Shown: in pieces, positions 25,184 through 37,674 of the stretch
How positions within the stretch are numbered: the first letter of the stretch is position 1
Layout of the letters: every line of letters starts with the position of its first letter
NCBI RefSeq assembly: GCF_026210795.1
Contig: NC_089432.1
Span: 3,720,001 to 3,784,000, forward strand
Direction: 5' to 3'
Origin: Rhizophagus irregularis
Lineage: Eukaryota
Length of the DNA: 64,000 nt
Position numbers and translations under genes: made by a program
The notes under the pieces: model-generated
Seen by the model: only the letters and a program-made list of their open reading frames with translations
What the model was told of the DNA's origin: nothing
Databases searched by the model: none

Positions 25184-25233
<50 letters not shown>
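25184..25233. repeat. A50 homopolymer
   Basis: About 50 consecutive A, 35 bp upstream of the ATG of the minus-strand F-box gene; exact length may be an assembly artefact. Confidence 0.9.
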
Positions 25234-25236
<3 letters not shown>

Positions 25237-26282
25237 TATTTGTTGGAAAAAAAAAAAAAACGAAGAAACGAACGTTTATTTATAGATTACAGATCTTATC
25301 CGTATTACGCGCGATGTAATTTATATCACATTGTGCAATCGGATCATATTTCTTTATTTGATCATTCCGTGATAATCTTAAATTAAAAAATAATATGGGC
25401 TTTTTTTATAGTGTTTTTTTTTTTTTGGTTTGTACCCTAATTTCGCCGAAATTTGATCTACCTTATCTTCCCTTTATAAAATCACCTGTATATATATTTT
25501 GAATAAGATGCTAAATTAGAAAAAATAAAATTCCATCGGTAAAAACGAATAATAATTGATTATTTAATTTTAAAATCAATTTAGATGTTATTATTCATCC
25601 CGAAATTATATAATAATAATATTTTTAATTTTGTATAAGACGAAAATTTGTTAAATTAAATGTTTGTAAATCAGAAAAAGAAAATTCATAATTTGAAAAA
25701 CAGAATCCAGAATTTCAATAATTTAGAATAATTAGTACATTATTTACATTATTTAAGTATATTATTTTTGAGGGGAATGAGATGTAATAGGTGAAAGAGG
25801 TGAACCAGTTTTAACGGTTTTTGTTCATCAGCTGATTTTGGATTTTAATTTAATTTGATTTAAAACCAAAAACGTTTTAAAATCAAAAAAAAAAAACGTA
25901 TAAAATCAAAAACGTATAAAACCCAAAAATGTAATTAATTTAATTTGGAAGTTCTTAGTTCTTACTTCTTAGTTTATTACAATGACTGGCCAAATACAAT
26001 TAACCGGAATATAAAGTGATAATTCACAAAAATGTCATTATAATTAAACGAATAGGAGAATAGCGTCATTCATACTGTAATATCGTTTTTCGTATGTCAA
26101 TATAGTAATACCCCACACATATTTACTATTTCGGTTAGTTCGATTTAAATCCATTCTCCACAAGTTTGTACTACATGATCATCTAACAAAAAAAGTGTTC
26201 TCCTCATCAAATTTCACAAGTTAGGTAAATTACTGAATATTCATTTCTTCTTATTTAGTAGACCTTATCTTTTTGATTATTA

Positions 26283-26321
<39 letters not shown>

Positions 26322-29300
26322 TATTTTGTTGTTGGTTTTAAAACAATCTTTGTAAAACTTTTGTATACGATGAGGATTTTCGGAGAGATTTCCCCCCTTT
26401 TTTAATATACATTTTTAATAATTATATTCTCTTTGTTGAAAATCTTAAACAAGCAAATTATATTCTTTTGAAATGGAATACAAGAGTAACAAGACCCTGT
26501 GAGAGGTGAGAGAAATTGTTTGCCAAAAACTCTATGGCGGTTTTTATTGCTTTTTTTTACAATATATGTTAAGTAATTTTTTTTTTTTTTTAAAAAAAAA
26601 AATTCTGCTCAAGTGTTAGAGTAATTAGAATTCACAAGAGTTGGAATTAATAAGATCATTCAAAATTTATTCATTGCATTATAAAAATATTAGCGATCAA
26701 ATTTTAAAAATTGTTGGAAACGCATTTATTTTTAGGATTTCAATTAATGCGATTTTTAATTCATTGAATAGGTAGGTCTTGTTCAGTTGTTCTCCGTTTT
26801 CAATTAACTATATTGTACGTAGAGTTATTACGCCTTTGATTTTCTGATTTTTTTTTTTAAAATTAATTACAGATTCTGCATTGTGCATTGTTGTTTTTTT
26901 GGGTACAGGCACCTTATTACGCAGATCCGTTGACCTATACGTTGCGGGAAATTATAAAAATAGGGTTACAATGTGTTATATTAAGTTATAGTTGTGTTAA
27001 ATTAAAGTTATAGTTGAATCCACCTCCAAAATCATAGAAAAAAAGAATTTAGAAGGTATTATACCATTTACCATCATGAATCATCTACCTATTCTGTCCT
27101 TCTACCTTCAATTATCCCTCCATCAAATTATAGTCATCCTACTTTATAACGAATCTTTGATGATATAAACAAATTCTTTGTTATAAAAGTATAACGAGTT
27201 TGGGTTATTTTAACTATCAGGCGAGCTTTGCGAGTTAACTGTAAGAATAATCAAGTATGATAGAACAAATATAGAACAAATATGCGATCAAATATGCGAT
27301 CAAAAAATTTTAATGTTAATTTTTTTAATCACTAGACTTATATATAATCAGGATGATAAAATGCTTATTAACAAAAGGAGATGATTCATCAAAAAAAAAA
27401 AGTCTTTCTAGAGGATATAGTTTGTAATGTTTGTAATAAAAAATTAATTCTCAAGAATTCTTAAAAAAAATTTACATCAAAGGCCAAATTTGAAAAAAAA
27501 AATATATTTTATCATAACCATCAAGAATCTATAATTCTATTTTTATAAATTTTAACTTTCAGATTTTTCTTTTAATGCAATTTTGATTTAGTTTAGAAAA
27601 ATTAATGATTTATTCAAATAAAAATTGACATTTAAGAAGAATGTTCCGTTCATTATATTTCCCTCATGTATCCAAATTCCAAAATGGAATTATACTGCCT
27701 AGTATATCATTCAAATTATCTATAAATAATCAATTTGATATCCCCCCCTTTTTAACCTTATTGAAAATGTATACCATAAAATATTTCTTTCTCATGATCC
27801 AAAAATATAACTCCTTAAAACATCCCTTACACCCTTACCCAAAAAAGACTAAATGAACATTAATTTTAATTTAAAAAATCTACTTAAAATAACTTAAATT
27901 TATTTATCTTTTTTATCATTGCAAATATCTCAAGATCAAAAAATAAATAATTGATTACTCTATGATAATATATGATAAACCATATTCATATATTTATTAT
28001 GTAATTGAGCATATGATTTAACATCACGCATAATTGTATATCCTTCAATTCATTGGATCAATTTAATTTATTGAAATAAAATATAATCATTGTATTTACA
28101 ACATAAAGGGTAGAATAATAATGAGATTTGAGAGTATAAAATTAGGAATGTAAAGAATGTTAGAGATATTGAGAGTATTAACTATACCAAATCATCATCT
28201 CCGTGATATGATGGTATAAACCTTGATACTATACATGTCACTCTTAATTGAAATTGTAATTTCCTCGCTTTGTTATGATCGCAAATCAATTACCCCTTTT
28301 GCGAGTAATTTGATCAGCGATCAAGTTCCGTTGTTTAATAGCCTGGGAATAACAGTAAACACATCAATTAGCCTATCAGCTATATCATGCCCATCAAATA
28401 TTTTCAACAATTCGGTAAAAATAAATGTATTTCGAAATTATACTAACCAATGACATTCTCGTACGACAGGTAAATATATAATTGCTATAAAAAAAATAAA
28501 TAAATAAATAAAAAATAATTTCAAAAATGATTAATTAACTTGAAATAAGATTCATTAATCAGTTCAGAAATCAGAACAAGATTAATGATTAAATATACCT
28601 ATATTAGATTCTAAACTTTAAGTATGCGTCACACGTAAAGCTTCTCATCCCGAATACGGAAATCGTATAGACCACATCCTTATACAAATTCTATAAACTA
28701 CCCCTTATTATCCCAGACATTCAAATCAAATCTTTGATATAAATAAAAAAATGGCGTGCATGTAGTTCCGTAGAATAACTGCACATTGATTACGTAACGG
28801 AAACTATTCAAGAAGGAAATATTAGAATATAAGTTGTTACTTGTTAGTCCCTCCTTAACAACCATTAATTTTTCTGTAAATCATACCATTGATAGCGCAG
28901 CAGTTTTAGTTATTAAAGTTAAATGATGTCACGATTCGCTTTTCGTTGCATGAGAATTTCACAAACGCTTTTGTTGTTTGCCTTAGTGATCCATCAATTC
29001 TTTAGTTGCGGTCCTATGGAAATGTCGAGTTTTTACCGGTAAAATAGACGAAATGTACTGTATAGTTTCGTTTTCACTGCCAATTTTAGTTGGGTGTCTT
29101 ATCACCCAAATTTGTATTTGGAATTTCCCACAACTTAGATTGCTAAAACGAACGATAATGTAAGCATAATGTAAGCTATTATCCCATTGCGTGAACTACT
29201 ATTAAAGAAACTTTGTGTGTGCGAACAATTCTTACCTGGGTAAAACTAGTTCCCGTGATACAACACCTATTTCAAAAATCACGATATGATTAATGAGGTA

Positions 29301-30083
29301 GTGTTGGACCTAATGTAATGTACCAATAGTCACTGAAATTTTCTTTGATCAAATCAAGGAAATCATGCTTTTTTCACGTTGGTTTTCTTTCATAAATAAT
29401 TAGATAATCATCGTATAATAATTTTTTCTTTCTTTCTTTTTTTTTTTAAAGAAAAAGCTTTTGGTAAAATCTGCATAGAAAGTTCCCGAACTAGAGCATG
29501 AGATAGGTAGATCATAAATAGTATTTTCTGATTTAAGATGAGATGATAAAGCCATTTCTCCATATAGAGTAATCTATTGATAAGAATTATGTAACTATAA
29601 TTATGCAAAAAACACGAATGATATACCTCGATTTGTGTGAGAAAATAAAGCACTAAACCAAATTCATTATGTTTCCTTTTAATTTTTTTTTCAAATGAAT
29701 TCTTTATCAGGAAGACCATCAATGAATTATAATTAATTTTTGTAATTATTTATGATTATTTATGATTATTTATGATTCAATTGATGGAATATTTCTTATC
29801 AAAACTTCATCTTAGATTAGATTGATTCTACCAAAATATGTTATTTTCAGAATTAGGGTTCGTGAGAGCTTTGCATTTTTTGTAAAATTTTTTTTTTTTT
29901 TAAAAGTATGTTGCCGATCAATATGTATAACGTGATGATTATGTATTCAAACTTGGTGCGTATAATATGCAGCCTGCCGGTATGTGCTTTTTTGAGATTT
30001 TTTCTCTTTTATTCTAGATATTTTCTGTAACTTCTTACGTAAATTATTAATACGTGATATATATATATATATATACATAAACT

Positions 30084-31094
30084 ATGTTTCACGAGTGGGT
30101 TAATGAAAAGAATATTAAATGTTTTGACATTAACGAATTTCACAATGATAAAGAACTTGGTGACGGGAATCTTGGAAAGGCTTATTATGCAAATAAAAAT
30201 TCGGGGACCAGATCTTATATGTTAAAATGTGTTAATACTAATGATATTATCGTCAAAGATCTTATTAAAGATGTAATTATGTTTAATATGTATTATAATA
30301 TTTTAAAAAAAATAAACTAAAATTCTAAAATTTATTTATTTTTTTTTTAGCTTGAAACAAGACGTAAATTTAATGCCCATATAAACGTCTTAAAGTTTTA
30401 TGGAGTTGTAAATTTTGAACCAGGTATAAACCGAAATAATTATCTTAAAAAAAAAGTTTCTTTTTTGTAAAAAATATGATTATATATATTTATTTTTTTA
30501 TTCTTTCTTTCTTTTGATCAGAAAATGAACGTTGTTATTTGGTGATGGAATATGCTGACAGTGGTACCCTTCGCCAATATCTGAAAGCAAAATTTGAAGG
30601 ATTAACTTGGGAAGATAAACACCATTTAGCGATTCAATTAGTTTCCGTCGTATCAGACTTACATGATGAAGAAATTGTGCATGGTTATTTGGTAATTTAA
30701 AACTAATATTATTATTTATAGTGAAAAAAATAATTTATATTTTTACTATTTATTAACTTTTTTTATAATAGAATCCCAACACTATATTGGTTCATCAGAA
30801 TACGGTGAAACTAAAGTTTTTTAATAAGGTGAATAAAAAAATCAAAGAATTTCAACCTGATTCCTCCATTTTCCCTTACACGGATCCCAAGATGTTTAAA
30901 GTAAATGTAACATCTCAACTTGATAAGAAGAGTGATGTGTATAGTGTTGGAGTTCTATTATGGGAAATATCAAGTGGGAAACCACCATTCGGTGATGATT
31001 GTTCCGTTGAATTGGTCATACAAATAATAAGTGGTGTTAGAGAAGAAGTAATACCTAATACTCCCACTTATTACTCTGAACTTTATACCGGTAA

Positions 31095-31126
<32 letters not shown>

Positions 31127-31268
31127 TTTTATTCTTATATTTAATTTTTACTAATGATATATATTTATTTATTTACTGTATTTAGAATGTTGGGACGATG
31201 AACCAGATAAACGACCTTCCATGAGTGACGTTGCTAAACGAATTTTGATGGGTGGGCGACAGAGCTAA
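30084..31268 (+). CDS. Stand-alone TKL-family pseudokinase, 5 exons, about 277 aa
   Basis: Exons 30084-30272, 30351-30423, 30522-30691, 30772-31090, 31186-31268 (834 nt, open frame). Keeps LGDGNLGKAY, LVMEYADSGTL, SDVYSVGVLLWEISSGKPPF, CWDDEPDKRP; catalytic loop reads HGYLNPNT and the DFG position reads KLKFFN. Confidence 0.85.
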
Positions 31269-32857
31269 TTAATAGAATTATAACCTTTTAATAATGCTTT
31301 AGATGATATATTGTGATGTATATATAATGTACAGTTAAATTTAATAAATAAAAATCAAATTGTTAAATAATGAATATTCCGTATGTAAGATTCATCAATT
31401 AATATTATAATAAAATAAAACATATCGACATTAAGAAAGCGTTGATAATTATCCATAATCCATGAAGAAATTTCCAGTTTATAAGAAGAGAATTGTTTTA
31501 TCTTTATTAAGCCGTTCTATTATGCATCTCGGTAAATATTGGGATTCTTGGAGTTTGTCACGTGATTTTTAAGATCAAATCGGACGATAGTAGTTTGAAG
31601 TAGGTTTCTTTATTATGCCAAATTGCCAATAAATATTCCAATTATTATTTTATTACCATGATCATGTCATCATGACTTTTTTTTTCGTGAGAATATTGAA
31701 TACCTGGTTTTAAGTGTTTAATTAAAAATATTTTTTTTTTCTAAAAAAAAAATATTTTTAAAAAAGTATCTTCTGGAGATGGCAACATATCGTTAAAGTA
31801 AAATATGCTATGACTAGTCTATATATAACTTGTAAATATAATAAATATAATGGAATTTAAAACTTATATTACAATTTGTATTGTTAGTTTTTTTATGAAT
31901 TTATACGACTATTAAAGACAATCTTAAATATCTCTCGTTTATATTAATTACATTAGTTGTCGCTTATAAATAAACTGACCTCTATGTTAAATAATCAAAA
32001 TTTATGATTATTCTAACAAGATAATATATGATTCGAATATCATGATTTATTTCGCTGTGGTTATTCGGTTATTCCGGTCAATATATACATGGTTTAATAT
32101 AATATAAATAATATTAGATAATTTTTTTTTACTAAAAGTTAAAAGTCGTTGTTTATATCCCTAAAGAATTATTAAAGCCGTGATGGTGATTTGAAGTAGT
32201 GATTTCGTCATAAAAAAATTATCAAAAAATAAGTTCCACGATAAATACACATATATACTTTGATTTAAAGAATTTGGAAGATTTTTTTTGTTTGTTTCGA
32301 AACTTTTATACCAAATTAAAAATTTAAACCAATTATTTTACATTAGTTTGCGTAGATACTTTCGTTTAATTAGAAATGATGTTCAAAGGCATTATGAAGT
32401 TCTTTTTTTTTTAAATGAGGCCAAGCGTGAAATAAAAAAGAACAAAAAAAAAGTGTTTTGTTTAGAGTTTCTTATCGATTATTGAAATTTCGATGTCAGG
32501 AACTTTATAATTTTATAACTATTCATAATCGAAAACATTTATTTCTACAGTGTATATAATACGCCCTGTATAATAATAATATAAGTTAATAATGGATATT
32601 TTTAAATTAATATTTTATCAAAAGGATAAAAAAACAAAGTTAAGGATTGGAAAAATTATGTTTCATGAAAAAATAACAAATACATAGTAAATTTTTAAAC
32701 GATTACGATTATTTAAAATAAATATAAGAATTTTCTCATAAAATTTTTCAGTTTATAAGAAACCATTATAAGTATAATTAAGTCAAAAATCATTTTTTTT
32801 TTCAGAGACAGAAATTTAATATTTTTCGTTAAAAAGAGTTATAGAGTTTCGCCGGTT

Positions 32858-32951
32858 CGACAGATAAGAAGTTTACCCAGCATTTTTGACCTACTGTACA
32901 TTAATTTTTTAATGTAGGTCAAAAAATGTTGGGTAAACTCCCTCTCTGTCG
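32858..32951. repeat. Long imperfect hairpin (about 94 nt), foldback or collapsed MITE
   Basis: CGACAGATAAGAAGTTTACCCAGCATTTTTGACCTAC...ACATTAA pairs with TTAATGTAGGTCAAAAAATGTTGGGTAAACTCCCTCTCTGTCG across a loop of a few nt. Confidence 0.85.
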
Positions 32952-33493
32952 GATAACGAGGATCACTTGCGGTTCTATTTGCTTAAGGAAGGAATCAGAG
33001 ATTATATTTGTGTGATGTAAAATGATTTCAAATATGGCCATTTCAATTAGTAGTAAATATATACTGTACATTGATATTGTACGAAAATAAATTTGCAAAT
33101 TTGCATCAGAAATTTTTTGATTTTCAGCATCAATAAAATAAATTTTGTACTAAAGTTACCCCATTCTCTTCAACTACCGATAATGGAATGTCACACATTT
33201 ACATTTTGAAGATCTAAAAAACAGATTGACAATTGTTTGTCCCAAAATTGGAATTTGCCCCAGTTCTCGAGTTTGAGTAATTTCCAAAATTGGTTCCGTA
33301 GGACAAAAAACGCCATCATAATACTACAACCATTTACCCCAAAATGATTTGCAGTTCAAAGTTGGGGAAAAAAGTCGAAAAATTAAAATCAATAAAATTT
33401 GAAATTCGCAAAAAAAAAAAAACCAAAAAAAGTTAATATTTTAAATATTTTAATAAAAATGATTTTAATTTTGTATTTACTGTTACGTAATTA

Positions 33494-33695
33494 CCATATA
33501 TCACGAGTCATCGTACCCATGTATAGTATGTATAGTAACCCCCTCTTTTTATGAAAAAAAAAATCTCCATTTTCTTTTGTTATTATTTTTTGGATATCCT
33601 ACAAGTTTTTAAAACCCTTTACACCCCTAAATAAATAGCGTCAATCAACCCCCTAAAATTTGAGATACCCGGGTACTATGGTCCGTGATATACTG
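33494..33695. mobile_element. Degenerate Tc1-mariner/pogo-type MITE, 202 bp
   Basis: Left CCATATATCACGAGTCATCGTACCC vs right reverse complement CAGTATATCACGGACCATAGTACCC (19/25); TA on both sides. Confidence 0.65.
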
Positions 33696-34512
33696 TACTT
33701 ACTTTGGGGAAGTCTTGCTTTTTTAAATTTGATTTAATTATATATTTTAATTAAAATTGTGATAAATGAGAGGTAATTAAATACTGTGTATTACAAGGCG
33801 TAAAATTGTGATGATGTGATTGATGTAACAACAGGGTCAAACATCAACTAGAGGTTAAAGTAAAATTTAAAGCGACAATTAACGTCGTTTTACTTCTTAA
33901 GTATAACAGGTTGATATTTTTATTCTCCCTCTCAATATCGTTGACTTTCAGAAGAAATGTTGTATCGGTGGGGCAGGCAGACACTATATTTACATATTCT
34001 ACCAGAATTTTAAAGAATCGTCATTATGCTTGTTGAGATTTATGTCCTATAGATCTATGGAGATTTAGGTATTATTTTTCAACATTGTTTGGCAAAAAGT
34101 AGAAAGATATTTTTTTGATGATTTCAATTAAAATAACTGGTTTTACGTTTGTCATAAAAAATGGATTGCAGTATTAGTAATTTTATAGAATACAAATTTG
34201 TGATATAAAAGATTTTGAAGGAACAACCATTATACTAATTGGAGAATATCATAATGAACTTCTCTCCTAACAACGTAATTGTAAAAGAATATATATATAA
34301 AGTTTTATTTATTTCTTATATGGATAATAATCACATGGATTATCGGGGTACGCTATAGGTTGATTGTAGGATGTAAAAGTTTTCAGTTAGTAGTCGAAAG
34401 AAATAATAGTAATCGAACGACACAATAATAAGATATTTACGGCGTTCGTGTATTATTTTTTTTATGATTATTTGTATTATAGTTTCTTTTAGGAGTAACC
34501 GAGTAAGGTGTA

Positions 34513-34696
34513 CAGTCTAACCTCGATATACCGATATTCGATATACCGATATACTATTAAAAACTTGTTATACCGATAAAATTTTATTTTCCCACTATAT
34601 GTGAGGACATATAAATATCGGTATAACTTTGATATAACGATATTTTCTAAAAATTTCATATATGTCCCGACATATCGTTATATAAAGGTTTGACTG
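34513..34696. mobile_element. pogo/Tigger-type MITE, 184 bp
   Basis: TIRs CAGTCTAACCTCGATATACCGATA / CAGTCAAACCTTTATATAACGATA (20/24); TA TSD both sides; internal TATACCGATA repeats. Confidence 0.85.
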
Positions 34697-35040
34697 TATT
34701 TGTTTAACTAAGTATACAGTATATATATACATATAGTAAAATAGTAAAATTATATGATAATTCTTACCTTCTCGTTGGGATACTTTTATATATTAAATCA
34801 TTTGTATAAATCAAAATTTACTTTATTGTAATTTAAGTTCAAATTTCAAATTTTATAAATTTTATTTATTGTTGCATTGTTGCAATTTAAATTTATACAG
34901 ATAAATGATAAGTAGTTACAAAAATTTTAACAAAATTAAAAAATAAATAAATATAAATAATATAAATATAATATGATAAATTGGGATACATTTAAAACAT
35001 CTAGCATATGATAAGTAAATATTATAAAATTCTTATTAAA

Positions 35041-35559
35041 TTAAAAATCAGGAAATTTTGGACTATCTGTAGGACCGTCTATAGGACCTTTTGGACCATC
35101 TTTTGGGCCGTCTTTGGTACCATCTTTGGGACCATCCTTAGGACCATCTTTGGGACCATCTTTTGGACCATCCTTGGGACCTTTTGGACCATCCATAGGA
35201 CCATCTACAGGACCTTTTGGACCATCCATAGGACCATCTACAGGACCTTTTGGTCCATCTTTTGGACCGTCTTTTGGACCGTCTTTGGGACCATCTTTGG
35301 GACCATCGAATTTCCCAATATCCTTAGGGTCTTCTGAACTATCGGATTCTCCACGTTTAAATTTCTCATGGTCATGTTTTTTTGGCTTCTTGAGAGATTT
35401 ACCATGAGGAGGTGGGGGAATTTTTGGTTTATTCTTATGGTTATGTTCCTCTCTTTTACTAATAATATCGTTTTCAGTTTTATCAATTGGTGTAGTAAAC
35501 GAACTAGTAGCGAGAAAGGCTAAAGTTATAGCCAAAATTAAAGAGAAAGAGAACTTCAT
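35041..35559 (-). CDS. Small secreted protein with DGPK tandem repeats, 172 aa
   Basis: Signal peptide [22 protein letters not shown], two KR (Kex2-type) sites, His/Lys-rich segment, then about 22 DGPK/GPx units (13 exact DGPK); TATA-like TATATAAA about 150 bp upstream. Confidence 0.85.
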   Translation of the reverse strand: MKFSFSLILAITLAFLATSSFTTPIDKTENDIISKREEHNHKNKPKIPPPPHGKSLKKPKKHDHEKFKRGESDSSEDPKDIGKFDGPKDGPKDGPKDGPKDGPKGPVDGPMDGPKGPVDGPMDGPKGPKDGPKDGPKDGPKDGPKDGTKDGPKDGPKGPIDGPTDSPKFPDF

Positions 35560-37384
35560 TTTTACTAGACGAGATTTTTACTAGAAAAATATTTTACAAA
35601 AAGATACAATATATATATAAAAGTTGTTGTAATATATAAAACAAAACTTTTTTTTTTTATCAAGATATTAGATTGACTTGAAAAAAAATGAAGGAAAAGA
35701 AGCTTTGTATTTATATAAAAATTCGTTATAAGAATTGAATATGCTATATATGTTATAACTTACTAAAATCAAAATTAGTATTTTATCGGTAAAGTCCTTT
35801 TAAGAACTAAAATAATTTTTCATGATTAATCCAATAAAATTATTAATCAAGTCACTTGGGCCTTGGCGTATGTAATATTTTAATGTTTTTCTTTTTTTAA
35901 AAATTAATTTTCTTTTTTAAGATTGTGGATAAAAGAAATCGATCAATCGTCTTTGACATTGTTTACATTGCTTTCGCGTCAAATTTAACGCGATATTACC
36001 AATATTTTTTTCATTTTCTTGGCCCTGTGTATATTAAATCGTGTTTTTGTCTATATATGGTTACCAACAATATGTACAAGGGTGTCTAGGTCTGCGTAAA
36101 TTTTATTCCGAACCAAAATATTATTGTAGATCGGTTGTAGATCACAAAGATCATGAACGCTTTTTGAGCCAAGAGAGTACGCATATTATTAACAATCTAC
36201 CCCTATTAAACTTTAAAGTTAGCCTTAGCCAAGAAGCCGAGAACAATTGTAAATATTAAGAATAATATCGGGAAAACATTCACGAACATTTCATTACTGC
36301 GCCATCGATCAAAGAATTACTACTTCGCTAAAATCTCGAAACTTGAAACATATTTATTTTATATTCTTGCTAATTTTTAAGACGTAATAGGTTACATATT
36401 GATTTATTAGTTTCTGTGGAAAAAAAAAATCATCTATTTTTTAAAACTATTTTAACGCAATGCAAATCGTCTATCGTTGGCTTTTCCGGAGAATTGCGGT
36501 TTAAAAGGAATACATCATGAAATTCGGTACTTCCACAGTTCCACCACCACAAAAAACAATAGGGTATTCAACAATCAGGTTAAAAAAACTGAACTTTTCA
36601 CATAAGGAGTTTAAGTTCGGCTGATACATTTTTTTTATTCTAAAGTTTATAATAAAATAATACATCTAACGAAGTATACTAACTCCTGCATATTAAACAT
36701 TTTAAATAACTAATTACGTAATTAAAAAATATTAATATTATTCATACATCTTTTTACTATTGGTAGAATTTTCGGTAAATTCCGCTTTTAGAATTGCTCT
36801 AATATTAGAAAATAATTTATTAATATCGTCCCTTTAATATCATTATTAATATTATCCTTGAATTATTGGTTTTGCCCTTTTTTATGAGAGTAGGATGAGC
36901 ACCGCTCCCTATATTTCGGATACGAAGATAGCGTAAATTACTTGACTAATCGGCTGATTAGCCGATTAGATTTTACGGCTGTTTTGTGAACTTCTCGGGG
37001 CACGTGATATAATATATTATGTTTAACACACACCACCTAATTGAAGTGGTCTGAGCCTTTAGCTATTTTATGTACTACTTTATGATTCTTGTATAAAGTT
37101 TCTATGTATTCTTTGCTGATGCTGTTTTCACTTTAGCAATGAAAATAAAAATAATAAAAATAAAAATAAAACATATAAACTAATTTAACTATGTAAACTA
37201 CTTTTTTAGATTGTATAAATAAATATGGTCAAAATTGTACTTGCCAAGCAAGAAAGTAGAAATGTAAGAGGAAAATTTTGAACGTGGTTATATAGTAGAT
37301 TTTATTCATAAATCTCTTACACAAAAGGGTGCTGAATCAATTAAATCGGTATCCGATCAAAATCTCGACAGCCACTTGCACGAT

Positions 37385-37674
37385 ACTAACACAAGATCGA
37401 CAACAAAATCTCGACAATTCATCTCGACAATTCAAAATCTCGACAATCCAAAATCTCAACAATCCAAAATCTCAACAATCGTTCAAATAATTTTCGAGAT
37501 TTCGTACCAAACCCTAAAAGAATAGTTAGTTAGTTACAATAAAATAATTTGTTGCAATATGTAATATTTTAGTTTAAATGGAGTAAATTTATAATTTGTT
37601 CTAAAATTGCCGGGATAATCAACTTGTCGGTATAATGATTTGTCGGGATTTTGACTTGTCAGTCTTGTGTCAGT
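37385..37674. mobile_element. Degenerate foldback/MITE with subterminal repeats
   Basis: Left ACACAAGATCGACAACAAAATCTCGACAA vs right reverse complement ACACAAGACTGACAAGTCAAAATCCCGACAA; tandem AAAATCTCRACAATY units; 25-bp direct repeat TCGTTCAAATAATTTTCGAGATTTC at 37479 and 37674. Confidence 0.55.

Noticed and set aside
24920..25285. 121-aa ORF with poly-Lys
   Set aside because: Antisense to the F-box gene and read through an A50 homopolymer.
35008..35486. Overlapping ORFs 35008-35337, 35114-35407 and 35238-35486
   Set aside because: Shadow frames kept open by the 12-bp repeat; only 35559-35041 has a signal peptide and processing sites.
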